From positions 1 through 43,651 of the forward strand of contig DAIPHN010000002.1 of assembly GCA_036771335.1 (NCBI GenBank): DNA of 43,651 nucleotides, written 5' to 3'. Source of the stretch: Burkholderiales bacterium (GTDB lineage: Bacteria > Pseudomonadota > Gammaproteobacteria > Burkholderiales > Ga0077523). The notes under the pieces are model-generated. The model was given only the letters and a program-made list of their open reading frames with translations, was not told where the DNA came from and did no database searches. Below, in pieces: positions 1 through 7,644 of this stretch (positions within the stretch are counted from its first letter, which is position 1; every line of letters starts with the position of its first letter). A program made the position numbers and the translations under genes.

Positions 1-917
1 CACCGAGCAACTGGCCGGCGATAGAGGCAGTGGCATCGGAGTCGCCGTCGTGATAGGCGGCGATGGGCATGGTCTGGATAAAGTTTTTTCGCGCCAGTGC
101 CGCCAGAAGGCCGATGGCAGGTGCCTCCTCCGCCACCCAGCCTGCTCCCAGCGCAGCCACGGATCGCGCCTCGTCGTCCGGGCCGTCAACTCCCTGCGCC
201 GCCAGAGTCACAGCCCGGTTCGTCAGCCCGGCGGTGAGCGGGCCCGGCGCCTGCCCGGCGGCGGCCTCTTGTCAACCGGACGCCAGCGCTGAACGCAACA
301 AACCCATCTCGGATACAGCATCAGAAGCGTACTCAACTAAAAACAAAGCCTGCACAAAAGCCGCCATGAACGCGCAGGCGGCGCCGGATTCCGGATGACT
401 TTGGGTTATGGCGCCGGCCTCGGCCGCGAGCGCCGCAGCTGGCAGAGCTGGGACGCCGCCAGGGGCCCCGAATCCACCAAATCCAAAGGGTGCCGAGCGC
501 ATGACGGCCTCGGCCCTTGCTGTCGTTGTCGGGTCTGCCGAGGGTGCCGCGCCCTCCCTGGGCCAGCGCCTTGATTCAGGTGAGCCCAGGAACTCGGCGT
601 ACGTGCAGCGCCGGCACAAGGGCGAGCGTGCCGCGGGCTGCTGAGGGCCAGCGAGCCGGTCGCCCGGGCTGCCGAGTGGGGCGCCAGTCAAGGTAGGCTT
701 CCCGCAGGAAAGGGCAAGGATCCCGGGCGCGGATCACCCCTTCGAGCGTGAACAGGGTCATCTGTGTGTCGTCCGAGTCAACCAGACTCCTGGCTCTCAG
801 AACTGGCTCGCGCGATACATCCGCGCCATGGCGGGCACGAATGGCTTCCAGTGAATCGAACTCGACGGCATAACAGAAGGCATCGCCCGGAGCCCCGCCC
901 AGCAGGCAGCCCAGCAT
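1..917 (-). pseudogene. ADP-ribosylglycohydrolase (ARH/DraG-like) family gene, disrupted; 3' end runs off the left edge of the window
   Basis: Starts MLGCLLGGAPGDAF...DDTQMTLFTLEG (ORF 576-917). An in-frame TGA at 576-578 is followed in the same frame by ...PDNDSKG. The frame changes near 505-513 into AVMRSAPFGF...AITQSHPESGAA (ORF 272-691). A second in-frame TGA lies at 272-274, after which my own translation of 1-271 gives ...YHDGDSDATASIAGQLLG. All are hallmark ARH motifs. Confidence 0.65.
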
Positions 918-1155
918 GCGCGATTGGCGCGACAGCAGGCTCGCGGGCGCCGGGCGGCAAGCGGGCGGCGCGGCAGCGCGCGCCCGGGCGCTGCGTCAGG
1001 CGCCCCGGGGCGGCGGCTGGGTGGCGCGGGGGAGGCCTGCGGATCGAGGACTTCGGTTGCCTGACCCGGGGAGGGCGAACGGTGTAGCAACTGGCGCATG
1101 AGGCTGATCCGGCAGAGACCTCGGCATCGGGCGTAGCGCCATCACGAGACAGGAA

Positions 1156-1176
1156 CAGGCTCAGAGGATGAGCCTG
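1156..1176 (-). terminator. Candidate hairpin terminator after the WYL regulator gene
   Basis: Perfect 8-bp stem CAGGCTCA/TGAGCCTG with a 5-nt loop, 9 nt downstream of the stop at 1186-1188. On the minus strand it is followed by TTCCTGTCT, so the U-tract is weak. Confidence 0.3.
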
Positions 1177-1185
1177 CGAAAAAAC

Positions 1186-2166
1186 CTAGTCTGCGGGAAA
1201 CCCGTCGGGGTATCGCGCTGCGGCGCGCGCCAACTCTGCCGCAACCGCCTGGCGTAGCGCTGGTGGGTGCAGCACCTCCGCTTCCGCACCGTGGCGGAGC
1301 ACGTCCATGATGAGTTCGCGCGGATCGCTATAGGGCAGCTCGAGAATCCAGCCGCCGTCCGGAAGGGTTTCGCCGCGCTGGTCCGGGTGCCACTGCTCCC
1401 GGGCCACCCACCGCGCGCGAGCGGGCGAGAAACGCAGCCGGGCCCATTGCACATCGGCCCCACCGAAAATGCCGTAGCCGCTGGCAAGCACCGCGTCGAG
1501 CGCATCCTCGGGCACCTCGCGGGCGGCCGCGTCGAGGGTGAACACCGTTTCGATGGCATCCACCGCGCAGCTGCGCAGCCCATCGCGAAGCTGGCACCAG
1601 GCGTCCAGGTACCAGTTGTCGCGGTACTGCCCGAGGCGCTGGGGCGACACCTCGCGCTCGGTGCGGGCGTCAGCGCCGCGCTTGTAGTGCAGGATTCGGA
1701 TGCGACGGCGTCGCAGCACGGCCGCCGCCACGGCATCGAACTGGCTCGCTTCTGCGAAGCGACGGGCCTGATGCAGGATGCGGATGCGACGCCGCACCTC
1801 CTCCGCGCCATGACCGCGGCTGCCGAGCAACTGCTGTAGCCGCGCGGCAAGCGGCCGCAGCTGCGCCTCGAGCACGCCAGACCCCAGGCCGGCCAGCAGG
1901 TGTTCGAGCGTAAGCAGGGCGTGCGCCTCCGCATCGCTGAACCACAGCCCGGGCAGCTCCGTGCGGCCCTCGACCGCCTCCAGACGATAGCCCCCTGCCT
2001 GACGGTCCCACACGATTGGCACATTCATGCGGCTGCGCAGGTACTCCACATCGCGCTTCAATGTGGCGGGCGAGATTTCCAGTTCCTCGCGAAAGGCCAA
2101 GCTCGACACCACCCGGCGGAGCTTCAGTAATTGCGTCATGCGATAAAATCGTTCGGTGCGATTCAT
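1186..2166 (-). CDS. WYL-domain transcriptional regulator (HTH-WYL, YafY-like)
   Basis: 326 aa from ATG 2166 (MNRTERFYRMTQLLKL...). It has an N-terminal HTH-like segment and a central ...QYRDNWYLDAWC... WYL signature. The ORF-track start at 2217 is probably too far upstream. Confidence 0.8.
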   Translation of the reverse strand: MNRTERFYRMTQLLKLRRVVSSLAFREELEISPATLKRDVEYLRSRMNVPIVWDRQAGGYRLEAVEGRTELPGLWFSDAEAHALLTLEHLLAGLGSGVLEAQLRPLAARLQQLLGSRGHGAEEVRRRIRILHQARRFAEASQFDAVAAAVLRRRRIRILHYKRGADARTEREVSPQRLGQYRDNWYLDAWCQLRDGLRSCAVDAIETVFTLDAAAREVPEDALDAVLASGYGIFGGADVQWARLRFSPARARWVAREQWHPDQRGETLPDGGWILELPYSDPRELIMDVLRHGAEAEVLHPPALRQAVAAELARAAARYPDGFPAD

Positions 2167-2266
2167 GTTGTCTGCCGGGCGGGCGCAATACGGTTTTCCT
2201 GCCATGCTGGCGATCAACGCGTGGCGCCGTGCGTCGAGCCGCGAACATTTTCAACAGGGAGGGGCC

Positions 2267-2347
2267 ATGTCAGTGCTGGACATGTCGTTGTTGGGCGGCT
2301 TCATTTTGCTCATCGTACTCCTCGTCGTGCGCGCCAAGCAGCGCTAG
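2267..2347 (+). CDS. Possible 26-aa hydrophobic membrane peptide (MSVLDMSLLGGFILLIVLLVVRAKQR)
   Basis: ATG at 2267 is preceded by GGGAGGGG (2258-2265). The product is one TM-like helix with a basic C-terminus. It lies divergent from the WYL regulator and upstream of the lipoprotein gene. It is too short for composition tests. Confidence 0.35.
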   Translation: MSVLDMSLLGGFILLIVLLVVRAKQR

Positions 2348-2510
2348 TTCGGCGCAGTTCCGGGCATCGAGCGGGCAGCCGCCCCGGTGCGCAGCAGCCT
2401 GGGGCTGCCGGACACAGCCGGTCCCCGGCACTGCGCAAGGAACCATCTCGCGCGGGCACCCCTCCATGACCTGGAGGGACATGCCGTCCCGAAACATCGG
2501 AGCCTGAGCC

Positions 2511-2957
2511 ATGCGTCAATTCGTCGTTCGTCCGCTTCGCGCAGCCGCCATCGCCTGCCTCGCAGCCACCCTCGGCGCGTGCGCCGCCTCGGGCAGCAAG
2601 CAAGCCGACACCAAACCCGCCGCCGCCACGGCATATCAGCCCGTTTCCGACGTGCCCATTCCTGGGGGCACTTCCATCAAGCCCGAGCGGTCTCTGATTC
2701 TCGGCTCAGGAGATGCCTGGCTGGGGCGCATGTCGCTGGAGGTCAAGCTCAATTCCACACAGGCATTCGCGTTCTTCCAGGAACAGATGCCCGCCTACGG
2801 ATGGCAGGAAGTAACCGCGGTGCAAGGCAAGAGCGGGATACTCACCTACATTCGCGGCGAGCGGGCAGCCACGGTGGAAGTGGAGCCTGGCACGCTGGGC
2901 GGTTCCACGGTGTTCGTGACTGTCAGCCCGCGCAAGCAGCCCGCGGCAGCCAAGTAG
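2511..2957 (+). CDS. Lipoprotein of unknown function
   Basis: 148 aa with a signal peptide and lipobox ...CLAATLGA|CAASG. GGAG lies 8 nt upstream of the ATG. GC3-rich frame. Confidence 0.7.
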   Translation: MRQFVVRPLRAAAIACLAATLGACAASGSKQADTKPAAATAYQPVSDVPIPGGTSIKPERSLILGSGDAWLGRMSLEVKLNSTQAFAFFQEQMPAYGWQEVTAVQGKSGILTYIRGERAATVEVEPGTLGGSTVFVTVSPRKQPAAAK

Positions 2958-2969
2958 CGCAATTCCGTC

Positions 2970-3356
2970 GTGACGCTGCTGGGAATGAACCATTTCACGG
3001 TCCTGACGGCCGACCTGCGGCGTTGCCTGGACTTCTACGTGGGCTTGCTTGGCCTGTCCGAGGGCCCACGCCCAGACCTGGGTTTCCCGGGCGCCTGGCT
3101 GTACATCGGGGACTCAGCTGTGTTGCACGTGATCGCGGGACGGCCCGTGCCGGCTGACCCGCGCGGCGTTATCGACCACATGGCCTTCACGGCCCGTGGC
3201 CTCGCCGGCCTCACGGCACGGCTGGATGCGGCGGGCGTGCCTTTCGATCTGCGACGCCAGAGCGGGTCGGGGGCTTGGCAGTTGTTCTGCTTCGATCCGG
3301 ACGGCGCGCGGGTGGAGCTTGACTTCGACGCCTCGGAGAGGCCGGCCGTATCCTGA
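2970..3356 (+). CDS. VOC family protein (glyoxalase/bleomycin-resistance/dioxygenase fold)
   Basis: MNHFTVLTADLRRCLDFYVGLLGL...IDHMAF...FCFDPDGARVEL is typical VOC architecture. The start is either GTG 2970 or ATG 2985. Confidence 0.75.
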   Translation: MTLLGMNHFTVLTADLRRCLDFYVGLLGLSEGPRPDLGFPGAWLYIGDSAVLHVIAGRPVPADPRGVIDHMAFTARGLAGLTARLDAAGVPFDLRRQSGSGAWQLFCFDPDGARVELDFDASERPAVS

Positions 3357-3393
3357 GGCTGCTTCGGTCCCGGGCGCCGTACGCGTCCCTCAG

Positions 3394-3741
3394 TTAGGAT
3401 TCAGCCGCGCGCATGCAGCGCTCGAAGATGGCGTCCCCAAAGAGTTCGAGGGGGAAGTCTTTCCCATGGCGCGCACGCGCCTCTGCCCACGCCACGTATC
3501 CTTCGTCGAGAAGCTGATTCACGAAGGCAATCTCATTCGCGGTCTCGTCGCCGTGCCAGTGAATCTTGACCTCGGCGCGAGGTGTTCCCTGATTGGAATA
3601 ATGCGCGGCCAGTACCTGCATCCGGGCGCTGTAGGCGCAGCGGTCGGCTCGGCTCATATCGCTGATGCGGTCGGCGAGCGCTGTCGGAACCGAAAGGACG
3701 GCCAGGAGAACCGGCACTGCAGCGGCGAGGAATCGAGTCAT
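3394..3741 (-). CDS. Small secreted/periplasmic protein, unknown function
   Basis: Likely start MTRFLAAAVPVLLAVLSVPTALA|D at 3741, with a cleavable signal peptide. The mature part is about 93 aa with two Cys. Codon usage looks genuine. Confidence 0.6.
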   Translation of the reverse strand: MTRFLAAAVPVLLAVLSVPTALADRISDMSRADRCAYSARMQVLAAHYSNQGTPRAEVKIHWHGDETANEIAFVNQLLDEGYVAWAEARARHGKDFPLELFGDAIFERCMRAAES

Positions 3742-4098
3742 GAAGGGCTCCCGTTGAATATCGAAGCCGGCAGCCAACGCGCGGCCGACGCCCGGATTCT
3801 ATCGCCGCCCTGGGGCGCAGCAGCCCCTGACCTCAAGGGTCTCACGACAGCCCGCCCAACCAGGCTCTAGCGGGAACTACGGCATCCGGCGGAGAGCCGC
3901 AACCGTCAGAGTTGTCAAGCGCTGCCGCAAAGTTATCAAGAGTTTGGCGCCACCGTGCAGGCGCCCGCAGAAGCGGGCCGCAACAAGAGGAAAGAATCGC
4001 ACAACCACTTGTTTTACAAAGTTTTTTTCCTGCCTGTTTTGCGAGCAATGCAACCGAAACCATGCCGCCACAACAACTTAGTTCGGTTTTCCGACAGT

Positions 4099-4133
4099 TT
4101 GTCCACATCGTTATCCACAGTTTCTGTGGATGC
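4099..4133. promoter_or_regulatory. Cluster of three DnaA-box-like 9-mers
   Basis: TTGTCCACA (4099-4107), perfect consensus TTATCCACA (4111-4119), and an inverted ATCCACA (complement of 4125-4131). They sit at the edge of a visibly AT-richer stretch (about 3990-4130). Confidence 0.45.
4113..4131. repeat. Perfect 8-bp inverted repeat ATCCACAG-ttt-CTGTGGAT
   Basis: Read directly from the sequence. Its two arms are the core of DnaA boxes 2 and 3. It lies 27 nt beyond the stop of the minus-strand CDS 4158-4574, with no U-tract. Confidence 0.8.
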
Positions 4134-4157
4134 GCGGCCCAGCGTCCCGGATACCGA

Positions 4158-4574
4158 TCACCGGTCCAGATCTGGCGTGCAGTCGCAAAGCCCGATGTAA
4201 CCCACCCAGCTCCACGTACAAGCACGCGGCGGATCGGCTGCAACATCGATCTGCCAGCGCTGGCGCCCGTGCAGCGGCCCGATCACCAGCGGTTCAGCCT
4301 TGCACCCCTTGGGACAGTCATCTGCCGGAGCGCGCGCTGCCCGTTCGGCCCGTTCCACCCGCGCAACCATGGCGCGCCCATGGGCTTGCTGCGCCTCACG
4401 AACGGCATGCTCGCCGATGCCATTACCCACGACCCATTCGAAATGGAGCCTCGTCGACGGGGGGCAACCCTGTACGGCCGCCATGAGTTCGGCGACACCG
4501 GGGCCGCGCTCCTTGCGCTTCCTTTTCCTGTCGCTGTCGTCATCGACGGGCTTGCGGTCCGACTTCCTGCCCAT
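4158..4574 (-). CDS. Orphan hypothetical protein (138 aa) with a basic N-terminal tail and a Cys-containing C-terminus
   Basis: ATG at 4574 is preceded by GGAAGGAGA (5-nt spacer). It begins MGRKSDRKPVDDDSDRKRKRKERGPG... and ends ...CPKGC...C..W...CDC. The frame is GC3-rich. I recognise no family. Confidence 0.5.
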   Translation of the reverse strand: MGRKSDRKPVDDDSDRKRKRKERGPGVAELMAAVQGCPPSTRLHFEWVVGNGIGEHAVREAQQAHGRAMVARVERAERAARAPADDCPKGCKAEPLVIGPLHGRQRWQIDVAADPPRACTWSWVGYIGLCDCTPDLDR

Positions 4575-4877
4575 AGGGTCTCCTTCCCAGGCGCGTCCCC
4601 TGGCGATGGCCGAGAATGCGCGAGCAGCCTGCGGCCCGGCGGTGTCACCTCGCGGCCTGAACCCGGCAGGCGCTGGCGCAGTCCTCGGGTCCCGCAGCAG
4701 ATTACGGGCGTACAGCCATCCGGCTGCTGACCCACCTCCAGGAAAACAATTGACTGCCCCTGACCCGCAACCAGTGACGCGGGGCGGAGTGTATCTCACC
4801 CGCTCGAACGGGAACTTTTCGTATGCCCGACCCTCGCAACTGCGCTTCAAGTCCATTTTCTCGCGAGGTTAACCAGA

Positions 4878-5420
4878 ATGACACTACTGCTCCGCATCGT
4901 CGTTGCAAGCCTGCTTTACGCAGTGCCCCTGGCGGCCTCCGCCAACTGTCCTGCCCTGCTTAACCATCAGTTCAAGGGGCTCGACGGCAAACCGATCGAC
5001 TTGTGCCAGTATCAGGGCAAGGCGCTCCTGGTGGTAAACACGGCCAGCCGGTGCGGCTTCACGCCCCAGTTCGAAAAGCTCGAGAGTCTGTATCGTCAGT
5101 ATCGGGACAAGGGGCTCGTGGTGATTGGATTCCCGTCCAACGACTTCCGCCAGGAACTGCAGACCAACGCCGAGGTGGGCGATTTCTGCCGCAGCACGTA
5201 CGGAGTGCAGTTCCCCATGGTGGAAAAGAGCTCCGTGACCGGAGACGGAGCCAACCCTTTCTTCAGGCAACTTGCCTCCTCGACCAACGAGGCGCCGCGC
5301 TGGAATTTTCACAAGTACCTGATCGCCCCTGACGGCCGGACGGTGCACAGCTTCCAGACCCAGGTGGAACCGGATGCCCCGGCCGTGATGGCAAAGCTTC
5401 AACCGATGCTTCGCAAGTAG
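4878..5420 (+). CDS. Glutathione peroxidase (BtuE/Gpx family, Cys-type)
   Basis: ...VVNTASRCGFTPQFEKLESLY...GFPSNDFRQE...WNFHKYLI... with an N-terminal signal-like segment. The active-site residue is Cys, not a TGA codon. Confidence 0.9.
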   Translation: MTLLLRIVVASLLYAVPLAASANCPALLNHQFKGLDGKPIDLCQYQGKALLVVNTASRCGFTPQFEKLESLYRQYRDKGLVVIGFPSNDFRQELQTNAEVGDFCRSTYGVQFPMVEKSSVTGDGANPFFRQLASSTNEAPRWNFHKYLIAPDGRTVHSFQTQVEPDAPAVMAKLQPMLRK

Positions 5421-5544
5421 ATCCGGCGCGCGCGCGCCATGGGGTGCGCGCGTTGATCGCTATAATCGGGCGCGTCTTGAGCGCGTCTCGTATATCAGCG
5501 TCCATCTCCCGCCGGCAGCGCCGGCACTCAACACGGAGCAGGCC

Positions 5545-5688
5545 ATGACCAAGCAGGAACTGAAGGAACAGAACGAAGCCTTGCGCAACCTCCTGCTGGA
5601 GATCCGCGACATGATCGACTCGGAGCTCGAAGCCATCGACGAGATGGATGACGAGGAAGAGGACGAAAACGACGACGAAGAGGACTGA
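5545..5688 (+). CDS. Small, highly acidic 47-aa protein (MTKQELKEQNEALRNLLLEIRDMIDSELEAIDEMDDEEEDENDDEEED)
   Basis: Not in the ORF track because it is under 60 aa. ATG at 5545 has GGAG 6 nt upstream, and TATAAT lies at 5461-5466. The product is a predicted helix plus a poly-acidic tail. Confidence 0.5.
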   Translation: MTKQELKEQNEALRNLLLEIRDMIDSELEAIDEMDDEEEDENDDEED

Positions 5689-5836
5689 AGCACTCCGGAG
5701 CGCCGCATTCGTGGTTACGCACTGGCATGCGCCAGTTCCGGATCAACCCGGAGCACGTTGTCCGGAGACGTGCACAGACGCCTTGGGTGCCGAAGAGAGT
5801 ACTCGCTGGCACCCCTCCGGACGACTTTGAACCATA

Positions 5837-5912
5837 TGGCGTCCCCACGGGGATTCGAACCCCGGTTACCGCCGTGAAAGGGCGATGTCCTAGGCCTCTA
5901 GACGATGGGGAC
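5837..5912 (-). tRNA. tRNA-Glu (anticodon UUC)
   Basis: Reverse complement reads GTCCCCATCGTCTAGAGGCCTAGGACATCGCCCTTTCACGGCGGTAACCGGGGTTCGAATCCCCGTGGGGACGCCA. Cloverleaf folds, anticodon loop is CTTTCAC, CCA is encoded. Confidence 0.95.
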
Positions 5913-5970
5913 CCGGAAAAGCCGGGCTAGGCCGGTGAAACTCGATTTTCGTTCCGCGCACCGGCGATGG

Positions 5971-6046
<76 letters not shown>

Positions 6047-6064
6047 GCCGGAACGAAGGCGCGG

Positions 6065-6093
6065 ATTATAGGTATCGGCCGCCACCATGGCAA
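6065..6093 (-). promoter_or_regulatory. Sigma70-type promoter for the tRNA-Ala/tRNA-Glu pair
   Basis: The minus strand reads TTGCCA-17 nt-TATAAT. The -10 element ends 18 nt upstream of the mature tRNA-Ala 5' end. Confidence 0.55.
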
Positions 6094-6122
6094 CAGCAGC
6101 GAGGCCGGCGTGACGCGAGGCT

Positions 6123-7553
6123 TCAATCGGGCAGGCAGGCCCGTTCCGCATCCATGCGGGCGAGCGTCTCCCCGCGTCCGAGCACCTCCAGAACCGCATC
6201 GATGGCCGGGGGCTGGGCCTCGCCGGTGACGATTACCCGCAACGGCATGGCAAGCCTCGGCATCTTCAGGCCGTGCGCGGCAGCCACCTGCTTGAGACTT
6301 TCCTGGATGGTGACGCGATTCCAGTCGATATCGGCAAATCGTTGGCGCAATTCGTCCATGGCACGACCCAGACCCACCGCGTAGTGTTGATCGCGCAGGG
6401 CAACAGAGGGCTCGAGACGGCGGTAGAAGTACATGGCTGCGTCTGCCAGTTCTTCAACGGTGCTGACCCGCTCCTTGAGCAGCGCCACCACCCTCTCCCC
6501 AGGCGGGCCCCCGGCGGCATCGCACCCGCCCTTTTCCAGGAAGGGTCGCATCAGGGCCGCGAGACGCGCTTCGTCCACTCCCTTGAGGTACTGGGCGTTG
6601 CGCCACAGCAGCTTCTCTGCATTGAAGCGCGCCGGGCTGCGCGAGATGTGACGCAGGTCGAACCACTCCACGAACTGCTTCATGGAGAAGATCTCGTCAT
6701 CGCCGTGAGCCCACCCCAGGCGCGAGAGAAAGTTGTTCAGCGCCTCGGGCAGGTAGCCGTTTTCGAGGTACTGCATCACGCTCACCGCGCCATGGCGCTT
6801 GGACAGCCGCTCGCCGTCCTCGCCCAGGATCATGGGCACGTGGCCGAAGCTGGGAAGCGGCGCGCCCAACGCGCGGTAGATATTGATCTGGCGTGGCGTG
6901 TTATTCACGTGGTCGTCGCCCCGGATCACGTGGGTGATATTCATGTCACAGTCGTCCACCACCACGCCGAAGTTGTAGGTGGGCACGCCGTCGGCACGCA
7001 TGATGACCAGATCGTCCAGTTCTTCGTTGGAGAAGCTGATGGGGCCCTTCACCAGGTCGTCCCACGTGACCACGCCGTCATCCGGGTTGCGGAAGCGGAT
7101 CACCGGAAGCACCCCCGCCGGAGGCGTACGCCCGCGGGCATTTTCCGGCCGCCAGCGCCCGTCGTAGCGCGGCTTGTCCCCCCGCGCGCGCTGCTGCTCG
7201 CGCATGGCGTCGAGTTCATCCTTCGAGGCATAGCACGGGTAGGCCTTGCCCTCGGCCACCAGGCGCTCGCACACCTCCCGGTAGCGATCGAGCCGCTGCA
7301 TCTGGTAGAAAGGGCCTTCGTCGTAATCGATGTTCAGCCACTGCATGGCGTCCAGGATGGCCTGGGTGGAGGCGGCGGTGGAGCGCTCTGTGTCAGTGTC
7401 CTCGATGCGCAGCACGAATGTCCCGCCGTTTTTCCGGGCGTAGGCCCAGGAGAACAGGGCGGTGCGCGCGCCGCCGATGTGCAGATAGCCGGTGGGGCTG
7501 GGGGCGAAGCGGGTTCGAACAGGGAGGCTGGAATGGGCCACAATGCGGATCAT
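6123..7553 (-). CDS. gltX: Glutamate--tRNA ligase
   Basis: ...[43 protein letters not shown]... (HIGH motif) and ...LSKRHG... (KMSKS-like). 476 aa. Confidence 0.95.
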   Translation of the reverse strand: MIRIVAHSSLPVRTRFAPSPTGYLHIGGARTALFSWAYARKNGGTFVLRIEDTDTERSTAASTQAILDAMQWLNIDYDEGPFYQMQRLDRYREVCERLVAEGKAYPCYASKDELDAMREQQRARGDKPRYDGRWRPENARGRTPPAGVLPVIRFRNPDDGVVTWDDLVKGPISFSNEELDDLVIMRADGVPTYNFGVVVDDCDMNITHVIRGDDHVNNTPRQINIYRALGAPLPSFGHVPMILGEDGERLSKRHGAVSVMQYLENGYLPEALNNFLSRLGWAHGDDEIFSMKQFVEWFDLRHISRSPARFNAEKLLWRNAQYLKGVDEARLAALMRPFLEKGGCDAAGGPPGERVVALLKERVSTVEELADAAMYFYRRLEPSVALRDQHYAVGLGRAMDELRQRFADIDWNRVTIQESLKQVAAAHGLKMPRLAMPLRVIVTGEAQPPAIDAVLEVLGRGETLARMDAERACLPD

Positions 7554-7596
7554 CCGTTGGGAAAAGGCCGCGATTCTACCCGCCGCCGGTCAGAGT

Positions 7597-7626
7597 TTGA
7601 CCCCGTTTGACCGCCTGTGGTGTAAT
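7597..7626 (+). promoter_or_regulatory. Candidate promoter for tRNA-Val(CAC)
   Basis: TTGACC (7597-7602), an 18-nt spacer, then TGTAAT (7621-7626) preceded by TGG (extended -10-like). It lies about 19 nt before the tRNA 5' end. TTTGACC occurs twice in tandem. Confidence 0.4.
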
Positions 7627-7644
7627 CCTGCCCCGCTCAAGGGC

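Noticed and set aside
272-578. In-frame TGA codons in the ARH gene as possible selenocysteine or other recoding.
   Set aside because: The same gene also has a frame change. The TGA sites are not at catalytic Cys-type positions. I see no SECIS-like hairpin immediately downstream. The nearby Gpx uses a Cys codon. A pseudogene is the simpler reading.
3905-4135. Calling the DnaA-box cluster the chromosomal oriC.
   Set aside because: There is no dnaA/dnaN/rpmH/gidA context. Only one perfect box and two near-perfect boxes are present, and there are no clear 13-mer DUE repeats. It is kept as a DnaA-binding candidate only.
3912-4730. 272-aa plus-strand ORF spanning the AT-richer patch and the orphan CDS.
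   Set aside because: It is an Arg/Pro/Ala-rich, low-complexity translation with no RBS. It runs straight through the non-coding DnaA-box region and is antisense to a better-supported CDS.
3823-4765. A 10-bp direct repeat, GCCCCTGACC, at 3823-3832 and 4756-4765. It brackets the AT-richer patch and the orphan CDS and could be insertion target-site duplications.
   Set aside because: A rough estimate for GC-biased sequence gives about one chance 10-mer match among all position pairs in a 1-kb region. There is no integrase, no transposase and no terminal inverted repeats.
5425-5438. Alternating GGCGCGCGCGCGCC palindrome just after the gpx stop, as a possible Z-DNA-prone element or terminator.
   Set aside because: It is short, has no U-tract, and such CG runs are common in GC-rich intergenic DNA.
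5460-5708. 82-aa poly-serine ORF on the minus strand.
   Set aside because: It is the antisense mirror of the GAx-rich acidic tail of the 47-aa plus-strand ORF (5545-5688). That ORF has an RBS and a sensible sequence, and this one has neither.
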